Assembly: GCA_905178155.1 (NCBI GenBank)
Contig: CAJINV010000026.1
Location: forward strand, 266,289 to 330,288
DNA length: 64,000 bases
Origin: Amoebophrya sp. A120
Taxonomy: Eukaryota; Protista; Dinoflagellata
Direction of reading: 5' to 3'
Below are positions 1 through 9,474 of the stretch, one piece after another. The notes beneath the pieces are model-generated. The model was not told where the DNA came from, did no database searches, and worked only from the letters and a program-made list of their open reading frames with translations. The position numbers and the translations under genes are program-made. How positions within the stretch are numbered: position 1 is the stretch's first letter; every line of letters begins with the position of its first letter.

Positions 1-235
1 TGGGGCTGGAAACTTGTGATGCTGGGTGGCATATCATGAGGAGGCCGCAAGTGCTGTCTCCGCATGACAAGTTTCTGCGCTTCTAGGTGTTGCCTATTCT
101 GCATGACAAACTGCGTTTTTGCACGACAGAGAGTGGGGCTCTTGGGTAACGTGCATGACAGATTTAAGACTCATGCAAGACAAGCATGACAAATATGCAT
201 TCTTCCAGACCCAGACTACATTTTTGCATTTGATA
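1..235. mobile_element. Introner family A (TIR core TGTCTGGGTCTGGAA), left end truncated by the window
   Basis: Right TIR cttccagacccagac...tgcatttgata ends at 235; the window begins inside the left TIR (tggggctggaa). Confidence 0.85.
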
Positions 236-3200
236 TTGCCGCAAGTCCGTTAATATCGTTGCCGTCCTTGCAAATGCCTTCTTGCTGTCGATCGCCAACG
301 CCCACTTCTCAAACCCGGAGAGGTAGGCTTGGAGTTCCTGTGTTTGTTGCTTGATCTGTTCGAACAGGTGCCCGTCGGACTGGAGGTAGAGGAGTTGTAA
401 ATCATTCTCCGCGGTGGTTAAACAGGTTTCTAATCTCGTCGTGTATTGGAAGAGCAGCGTCATACACGCGTTGGGCAACGTGTTTATTGTTTCTGCCGAT
501 GAGCCAGCACCAGATCCGGCACTTCTACCTGTAGACGACAATGATGATGATGACGCCGCCACAGAAAACAACTCCAGAATTCTCGTCGCAAAGTCCGCAC
601 CTTTGAACCGTGCGAAATCGACGTCGAAGCCCAGAAATTCCTCCTCAAACTGCGAAAAATCTCTTAACACCTCCACGGCGATTTTTGTCGTTAATATCGA
701 TTTCTGCAGCTCCGTGTCCGTGCAGCAGGGAGAAATCATGTTCGATCTTTTCCCCCCTTCGCCGACGAAGAGAAATTGACTCGGTTGGGATTCATCCACC
801 ACACAGTAGTACTTCAGGAAAATCTGGACCAAGCGGGTAACCACGGAATCCACAGCCAGATTGTGGATCACGTCCAGACAATGCAGCGCGGCGGACTTGA
901 CATTATCGTGGTTGTTGGTGGTCGCTGCGGAAGTGGTCGCTTCATCTAAACTTTGACCGCCGCGGCCCAGGGCTTGCGACTGACGTTCTGGTTCGTTTCC
1001 AGTACCCCCATCGCGGTCGACAAGCTGCAGGAGCAGAGTTTTGTAGTCCATCACCTGCTTCTCATTTGTGTAAAATCCGTACTGGAGGAGGAGGCTAAGC
1101 TGCTTCAAGTATTCTACGGTTAGCAGGTTATTCTGGTACGCATCAGTTGTATTAGCGCCCGGTAGAAGTTCCGCAGCAGTCGCGGATGTTGTTGTCGCGC
1201 TGTTCCTGATCAAATGCCGGCGGATGCACTTTTCCAGCAACTTGAACTTGTTCGTTCCGACGGCAGTTGATGTTTGTTGCTGTCCAGATGTGGAGGAAAA
1301 CCCGTCCGGAAACAGCGCCTTCAAGTTTTCACTTTCACTCGTTACCGCTTTGGGCAAGAGAAAATTGCTACTCTCCGGTGTAGTTGAATTTTTCCCGGCT
1401 GATGTTGTTTCGTCGTTAAACAACGTTACCATCTCGACATCCTCTTGCTCCTCTAATAGCGGTTGATACGCTTTTATCCAAGAAAAAAACTGTGTTAGTG
1501 TAACTATCTTTGGCTGACAGCATTACAAATTTGCTATACATGACAGAGAAAACCTGTCATGCGTGGCTTGTAAGGGAAAACACACATGAAAAGAGAACTT
1601 CATGGCTGTCTCGCATGACAGGTGTAAGTCTGTTGCATGTTCTGCATTACAGATTTACACTTACACAGTTTTTTTCTTGCATAGCTTTACTCTTAAAAGA
1701 CGCTTTCAAAGAACTCCCGATGAATCCTCTAGGAGAGGAAAGTTGCGCCATTTCCCCCGCGGCATAGCAATTCGTCGTGTCACAAATCGCATTGCAAACT
1801 CCAGATTTGTTCGAATTCGGTAGTTGCGGGAACTTCTGCGAGTCTAACACCCGAACTTCCACCGGCGGTTCTAAATTCACGTGCAACAAATGGTCCACGA
1901 ACATGTTCGTCAAGAGCCGGCAAATCGCTGCTTGAAACGACTTCGGAAACGCGAGATAGTTACTGGTGGAAGAACTATTATTTCCAGCAAGACTCATTAA
2001 CGTATTCGATCCGCCGGTAAAGCTTCTCCCCGCAACTGTAGCCGCACAATTCTCGGACGCGAGAACGGTATCGTACGAAAAAAGTGTTTCACTGTAAGGA
2101 TTTTGCAGGTTCTGCATCACAAGTTTGTTCTACATGACAGAGAAAATTTGCCATGCGAGGTTGTTCCTAAGGGAAATAAGCACAGGTATAAAATCCACTG
2201 TCTTGCATGTGTAGCAAGACAAACACTTGTGAGATGCATTTTCTGCATTACAAGTTTACAGCGAAGCAGTTTTTTCTGGCGGTAAACGGCGATGAGCAGA
2301 GAGTACGTCATTCCAGCAGTGGACCTCAAGTATCAAAAGGAAAAATCCCCCCTCCCCGTATTGACAGGGTATGTTTTCGAAAATTTCTGTTGCTGATTTG
2401 TGACCACCAGTCGCGTCTGTCTTGCGAGAAGGCAACGCCAGAGGCTCCGCCGCATTATGCCGGCGGTTTGTGATGCTGTTGGGCCTACAACACGGACGCT
2501 CCCCATGCTGAGCGCCCAGGCCAAAACCTCTCTACTCAGGCTTGCTATGCGCCTCCAGTCCTCTCCAGCAAGACAGCTCTCATTTGTGTACGCAAATCCA
2601 GCATCAGAAACTTCGTTTCGATATGAGGAGGGGGGATGTTTCCTTTTGATATCAAGGTTTCAAACGCGATGGCCGACCGGTTCCTCGCTAGTTCCGCGAA
2701 GAGCTCTATCTGCGCCGTAATGTAGTTGGCCAGAACCTTCCTCGCTTCGGCTGCAGCGGATGGTTTAGAAGTAGTTTGTTCTCCTGCAGTTGTTAATAAT
2801 TCCGCATCTTCACCAGAAGACCAGTCCTGGAAAACGTCTTTCAGTAAAACAAACGATTTCTGGTTACTTGGGTAGAAATTCAGCTCCATGACCTCCGTAT
2901 GCAGTGCAAAAGTATCGTACTCGTATAAATGCATTACAAATTTCCTCAGCGTGAGAAATAAAATTTGTAATGCGGATTCACCTTAAAAAAAAGATTTGTA
3001 ATGCATGATTGCAATACGAGGACGATACTTTTGCACAGGATACTCCGGCCGGGAAAAGAAGTACTTGGAATCAGTCGACCAAGTGTCTTATGCATGGCAA
3101 ATATGTCTGGGTCTGGAAGGTTGCAACTTGTGGTGCGCGTTCCAGATCACACAAAAATCTGTCTTGCACAAACAGCAAAAGCTGTGTATTGTTGGCAATG

Positions 3201-6200
3201 GTGAGAGCGAATTTCTCATGCAGAGTAGGCATCGTGAAGCCCTCGAAGAACCTGTGACGCTGGTCCTGCATGCCAGACGCTCTGGGTCATGCCAAAGCTG
3301 CATCACAAACCCCTGTATTCTTCCAGACCCAGACATATTTGCATTTGATATGTCTGTCACTTTACTTGGGAAGCTCCACGTGACGAGAATTTCACCGGAT
3401 GCTTCGTCCTGTTTCAAGGTGACTAAAGTTGTACTCGATGATGAACTCCCGCTGGCTTGCTTCTTTGCATTTGAGGCAGTTAAGGATGTTCTTTGCGCCG
3501 CACCAGCGGTATTTATTTTCCCTTCGTCAAAGAACGCCTTTAAAACCAAGTGCTGCAGCTGCTTGTTTCCCTTCGCATTTTCGCCAGTGTTCAGCTTCTT
3601 CAGACACTCCGTGACAAACTTCAAGAGCCAGATATCGGAAGGCCCGAGTTTCTGGATCAGCTCCGTGATTTGCAAGAGCGTTTTCTCGTTCAGAATCGCC
3701 GTTGGGTCGACGGCTGAGGAGGAGGAAAGCCACTCGACTAAGGTCTGTTCCGCCCCTACGCCGAAGGAGAAGAGTTGGATCAAAATCTGAATCAACTCCT
3801 GTTTCTTCCTTTCCTCGGATGTCGTTAAGTGCAGGCTGCCGACGGTCCGTAACAACAGTAGAATCTTTTGCAACACCACTCTGGTTAACCTGCTGTACCG
3901 GGCTTTTTGCTCGTCTTTTTGGGCTTGGACTGCTTTTCGGGAGGTCGGGGACAAAGAGGAAGAAGCAACACCAGAAAGACCTCCAGTAGATGTCGCGGCA
4001 CCAGCACCACTCCCGCCCGTCGTAACCGCTTTATCGACGTTCGAAATCACCTTCCGCGCGGGGGAACTCGTGTTAAAAACCTCCCCTCCGAAGGATGACT
4101 TTGACAATTGCTGCTCCAACGCCGTTTCCCCCCGGGTTAATCGTACCGGGATTCCATCGATCTCCTTCGGGGCGACAGTTTTTAATAAGAATTTGCTTGC
4201 AATTGTGTCGACAACCGTCACTAACAACTCAATCAGCCCCGCAGCCGTCGCCGCGGCGGCAACCTCCTCAACCACGGAAGGAACGGCGGAAGACGATAAC
4301 ATGAACCCCGACATCTCTTCCACCGCTCGGAGTAACAACCGCATGGGCTTTTCAATCTCCTCATCACCCACAAAACCATCGGACGCAGTTGTAGTTTTGG
4401 AAGATGAAATTTTGTCCAGAATCCGCTCGGTTTTTTTCCGGCTCGCGATGCAGCAGTCTAACAGTCTAACCTTGCTCATCGGCTGCTTCAGAATCTGCTT
4501 GAAGTCCGAAAATTTGAACCTGCATTTCGTCGGATGACAGAAGTCGAGAAGTTGAAAGGAGGTGTGACATTCGTCTACTCCTGGTCCTGTGTTGTTCCCC
4601 GATGAAGATGTTGAAGCGCCCTGTAGTTTCCCCAGAAACTTCCCAGAAATCAAATGGTAGAACGCGAGAGACTCCGCCGTGTTGACGGTCTCAGAACCTG
4701 CTGCAGTACCCGTCCCTACACTTCCGTCCGTTATCATAGCAGCTTGTCTAGTATTCGAAGTAGTAGTTGCAGCGGCGACGGCAGCGGCAGTGACGCATTT
4801 TCCCAACTGGGGGAAGAGCAAATCCAGATTTTTCGCCACATATCGCAAGAAAATAAAACTGCTTCACTGTAAACTTGTAACGACCTGTTTTCCAAAACTA
4901 CGAAAGGCGCAGCTCAGCGGCGCACTGGCTAAACGCGGCACTACTCAAAAGCGAGGCGCCAGCGCCACCTAGTTTGGGCACTACTTAAGCGGGGCGCCAC
5001 AGGAGCGGCGCCCCTGGGCGCACGAAGCGCACTACTTAGGCGGGGCACTACTTAAGCGCCGCCCCTGGGGGCGCGAGGCGCACTACTTAAGCGGGGCGCC
5101 ACTTAAGCGCCGCCCCTGGGAGCGCGAAGCGCCCTACTTAAGTGGGGCACTACTTAAGCGCCGGCCCTGCGGGCGCGAAGCGCACTACTTAAGCGAGGCG
5201 CCACTTAGGCGGCGCCCCTGGACGCGCGAGGCACTTAAGTAAGCGCAGCACCTACTTACGCGAAGCACTTAAGCGCCGCAGCTAAGCGAAGCACTTAGGC
5301 GAAGCACTTAGGCGAAGCACTTAAGCGAAGCACTTAAGCGAAGCACTTAAGCGAAGCACTACTTAGGCGCGCACGTGGGGCGAACACGTGGACGCACTCC
5401 TCATGAGGCGCATGCGCACTACTTAAGCGGCGCACTACTTAAGGCAGCACTACTTAAGAGAGCAAGCGACGCACTACTTAGGCGAAGTGTCTGTCTTGCT
5501 ACAGATGCAAGAAAATGCATTTTTAGCTGTGTTTTCCCTTTGGAATCTCGCATGGCAAATTTTCTTTGTCATATAGAACAAACTTGCGATGCAAAACTTG
5601 CAAAATCCTTACAGTGAAACACTTTTTTCGTACGATACCACTATCGGGTTCGCGAATAATTCCTTCGGAATCACGAATTTCTCGATATCGAAGATCTTGT
5701 TCCCCTTTTGCAGCAGGTTCATTGCGGAAGTATGTTTTAAAACGAGGAAGAACCCTTGGTACTTTTCCAAATTGGTGGTCTGATCAACCGCTGGTGGTAT
5801 TACACTACTGCCAGTGCTTGTCATGGCGATGATACCGGCCCCACTTGATGTTCCAGCTGTACTACTATTCCCACCGCCGCCTTCTGGCAACAGGGTCGCG
5901 ACGTCCGCTAGCCAAATTTTCGCCGACGCGGGCGGACTGGAGGAAGACGCGCTTCGCATCGCAACCGACCCCAGAGATCGCTCCTCGGCAAAGCTCGATG
6001 CCGGGAGTGCGAGTTGCAGTGCCCAGCAGTCGTTGCTCCCATACACGGTTTCGGTGCCGTTGGTGGTAAGTAGTGCCACTTCGAACACAATCGGGTTGAG
6101 TAGAGAAGGTGACCACGAATTACTACTATCTCCAATAACTTTCTTGCTGTCATTGTAAATTTTCCTCCCGCACTGCAAACTCCACTCTCGGCCAAACTTC

Positions 6201-6895
6201 TCTGATCCTAATCTCACCGAAGCCGTCACGCTGACCGGCTCTCCGAGAATTTGTCGCTGCTGCCCACTCGCCGACGCGAGAATGTTAGAATCGGAAACAA
6301 TTGGTGGCAAAAGCGTGAAACTCGACCCCGCGCCCGAGGTGAAGTTGCAGAGCTCCACTTTCCTTCCCCCCTTCTGCAACACCGCTTCTTCCGACCGAGA
6401 AACGGTGAGGTACTTGTTTGTTTTCAGATGCAACAACTGTATCCGCGCACCGTACACGAGCTTTGAGTTTGAGGTAATGCCTGTGCTAGCGGAAGATGAT
6501 TCACTCGACGTTGCTGTGGTTCCTGAAGCTGAAGCCCCGGAACCTGACATTCCTCCAGCTGCTCCGGATGCATCGTTGCTGCCGCCAGACGAACCCCCAC
6601 CTCCGCTGTGCACTTGCCTCGGGACCAGTCGGAAGAGGAAATCTCTCGGATCATGCACTTGGTTTGTAGTGGACTGCTGAAAGCCGTCGGGGTAGCAGAT
6701 TCCACCGAACAGCTGCAGTTCCGTGTCCGTGCCCAGAAAAATTGGCAAGGGACGGAAAGGGTTGTAGTTGCCACCTCCGAAGGCCGTTGCGCTCGGCTGT
6801 CCACCCGCACTGCAGGGTTGCAGGGAAATGACATCTCCGAAACACAAGCACTTTTGCTGTGGAATACCTCCGGACTGGAGGGGCGAGGGGTCCAT
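236..6895 (-). CDS. ITPR: Inositol 1,4,5-trisphosphate receptor (IP3R/RyR-family Ca2+ channel), 5' part; the gene continues beyond the left edge
   Basis: N-terminal motifs FGDVISL, RDFLFRLVP and YGARIQLLHLKTNKYLTV match the IP3R suppressor domain (YGNVIQLLHLKSNKYLTV). Later YITAQIELFAELARNR and FQAAICRLLTNMFVD match IP3R YQLNLFARMCLDR / LRASFCRLMLHMHVD. Approximate exons: 6895-5638, 4835-3351, 3083-3043, 2892-2652, 2325-2285, 2063-1684, 1469-236. The frame is continuous after removing each element plus one 5-bp repeat. Confidence 0.9.
1475..1683. mobile_element. Introner (family D-related) in the IP3R gene
   Basis: TIRs tatccaagaaaaaaactgtg / cacagtttttttcttgcata; direct repeat GCTTT on both sides; removal joins KSKA-YQPLLEE. 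Confidence 0.9.
2069..2284. mobile_element. Introner family D in the IP3R gene
   Basis: tatcgtacgaaaaaagtgtttcactgtaa ... ttacagcgaagcagttttttctggcggta; direct repeat AACGG; removal joins SLLIAV-LASENC. Confidence 0.9.
2331..2651. mobile_element. Introner family E in the IP3R gene
   Basis: tatcaaaaggaaaaatccccc ... gggggatgtttccttttgata; direct repeat TCAAG; removal joins FETL-RSTAG. Confidence 0.9.
2898..3042. mobile_element. Introner family B in the IP3R gene
   Basis: tatgcagtgcaaaagtatcgt ... acgatacttttgcacaggata; direct repeat CTCCG; removal joins SRPE-VMELNF. Confidence 0.9.
3089..3350. mobile_element. Introner family A in the IP3R gene
   Basis: TIRs with a tgtctgggtctggaag core; direct repeat TGTCT; removal joins KVTD-TWSTDS. 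Confidence 0.9.
4841..5637. mobile_element. Introner family D (inverted relative to 2069-2284) carrying a ~600-bp internal repeat array
   Basis: The ends match the reverse complement of 2069-2284; direct repeat CCACA/CCACT; removal joins NPIV-AKNLDL. Confidence 0.85.
4881..5484. repeat. Degenerate tandem array of GCACT(ACT)TAAGCG units, including a GCACTTA(A/G)GCGAA 13-mer run
   Basis: Many copies of gcactacttaagcg / gcacttaagcgaa; regular 13-bp period at about 5290-5355. Confidence 0.85.
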
Positions 6896-7659
6896 GTTGG
6901 AAAAGAGCGACGAAGCGGGGCGTTCAAATTGCTCTCACCTCAGTTCTTGTCGTGGGCTTCTGCGCCGTTGCAGCCCTCGCCGGCGTGTAGCAGCTAGGAC
7001 GCCGTCGTCTTTGGAGGTTGGCAGAAACCTGCCCGGCAACGGAAACCTGCTCTACAACGGCCCCGTCGAAGGCACAAAGAGTCAGCAAGGAACACCTACA
7101 ACACGAAAGCTTGCTCCGCCACAAGCATAGTCAAGCCATGTCCTTGGAAAATTTCAATTGGGTAGTACTGCATTAACTACAGCAACCAATAATTCTACTT
7201 TACATCAGCGTTTTAGTAGTTTCACTCCCCGTGCCTATTTTTTCCACACGTTTTCATACATAAAAACCACACTAATATTTATAATCCTCTCCTGCTCTCT
7301 GCTGCACCAGACTTGAGTCACGCACGCGGTTTATTTTCTCTTCGACACATGTCCTCGTGTGGGCACTTCACCTATGATTTCCACTTCCTCTCGACGTGCG
7401 GCGTACTTCCTTGCAAGCGGACCTGAAAATGCTGAGCCAGTCCCTCTAGCTGCACTGCTTGTGTTCTGAGTGCTGTTCTTTGCTTAGATCCTCTTGTTGT
7501 TTGTTCCAACCCACTCCTGCTCCTCTCTGCCACAGCTTATCACCTCAAGTTCCATGTGTAAGAAATCTCGGCACGCCCCCTTGTAAGTAGTTACTGTGGT
7601 GTCTTCGCAGGCCGTGGTGGTGGAACAGTCAGAGCCTTAGAGGTGGCCAACCAGTCGAG

Positions 7660-8700
7660 AGCGCGCCGACGTTGTTACCTCAACGCTAGTGGGCTTGCCG
7701 GCCCTCGGATTTGTTTCGTAACTGTTCGCCTGTTAAGCTCTTGAAGCCCCGCCCGTTGCCGGCTGCGAGGGCCGCGTGCGCGGTCCGCAGGAGATGTTAG
7801 CTCCCGGGCGGCCGCGCCGACGAGATGCACAACGGCCGGCCGCAAGCAAGGGGCCGGCGACAGAACAACAGCCGCCCTTGAACGGGCGGGGGGTGCGCCG
7901 GGCCCGGGCCTTGCCGGGGCGCGCGCCCGCGGAGATAATGTAGCAAGAGCGCTCCCGTGCGGGGTAGCTGGCGCGCGGGGGGCGCTAAGGTCAACGAATG
8001 GGCGCGCGGGCCCTCCGGCGCGCGGAATGCGCGCAGTGCGGGCGGGGGGCGCCGGCCCGGCCGGCCGCAAAGAGAAAGCGGGCGGCCCCTTATTGGGGCC
8101 GTTAATTGATCGGGGCGCCCTGACTTCCGCCTCTGCGTCCACCGCGCTGTCTTCCAACTCGCTGGGCCTCGGGCGCGCTCCCCTGTGCTCGCACCCGTGG
8201 GGCGCCGTCTGCTCGTCAATGGGCACAGCGCCCCGGCCCCTCGAGAGCGCCGCCGCCCGCGGGCCCTTCGGCCAGCAGCGGCGCCCCAGCGGCGCCCCGG
8301 CGCGCGCCCCGCCTACAAGGTTGCCGCCGCCCCCGCGCCGCGCCGCTGAGTCCCCCCGTGTCCAAGCGGAGCCCCTCACACGCCTGGAGTTTTTCCCCCA
8401 AGTGCATTGATTCCCCCGGCCTGACAAACCGGCCGGGCATCGCCCTCGGCGCCGCGGGCTCTGTTGCCCTTCCACAGCTTCGGGCCCTCGCACGCTCTGG
8501 CTTTTCCCCGTATGAAGGTGGCGCGCCCTGTCGCCTTGGGATTGCGGGGCGCGGAGCCTGCGCTCTTTCACCGTCTGGAATGGGAACCAATTCCGCGCGC
8601 CGGCTTCTGCGCCTGCTCTGCGCGAATGGCGACCACGCTGCCCCCGGCAAAGGGGCCGCGCCAGCGCAGCAGCGGCGCAGGCGCGCGCTCCTGCTAGGGT
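7660..8700. other. Very GC-rich non-coding patch
   Basis: GC-saturated with residual A/T runs. ORFs in all frames are R/A/G/P low complexity with no motif. Confidence 0.55.
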
Positions 8701-9474
8701 TTTGATTAAAATGGACACGAAGCAACAAAATCGGACGAAAAACCGCTCCTGGATCGATCCAGTTTGCGGACGCTGCTTCCCGGCGCAGCATTAGGTTGAA
8801 CACGATCTCAGCACCTTTATTTCACATAATCTTTCACGCCCAATAATAATAAAATCAGCGAGATATAAATTCAAACGTCTTATTCTTCCTCCGACTTCCT
8901 GCTCCATCGAGAGCAAAATCCTACTGTACAGTGCTGTCGCAAGTGGATCTCACCTTTCCAATCTCAAGTTTGTTCTCATCCTTCAAACTGGCTTCTTGTT
9001 ATTTCATCCTTCAAAATGTAGAGTACATTTTATCTTTCCATGGGTGCAGCTGGTGCACGAAGATCAACAACATTGTACAGAGTTCTGAGAAGTTCGTGTA
9101 AAGGAGCAACCGAACTATTGAAACATCAATCGAAATAAACTACAGGCTTACTTTCTCTTTCAAAGCTGAACACGGCTCTAAATGCGCCGGTCATCGTCAT
9201 GTCAATGGTATAAACAAAAATGGAAAACAGTGAAATCAAACAATTACTCAACAGGATCACGACTACGCCGGCAGATCGTGAAGGTAGCAAGAAGTACGTT
9301 TACACTGAAACAAAAAAAAATCGACACCATTTTATATCTATCCCCCACACAACTTCCACCACCAACGAACTCCACCACTGGTTCTCCCGACAGCAGCGGT
9401 ACGCCACAACTCCTGATTAATAAAACCTCCGGATGCTGAACATCAAAATCTTCGTCGTACGCGAACTGTTCTCT

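Noticed and set aside
4881-5484. CRISPR-like array
   Set aside because: Eukaryotic context, degenerate short units, no unique spacers and no cas genes.
7675-8803. Long ORFs in GC-rich patches (also 23028-24352, 47322-48597, 51579-52412)
   Set aside because: They are open in many frames because of GC content; R/A/P/G-rich with no motifs.
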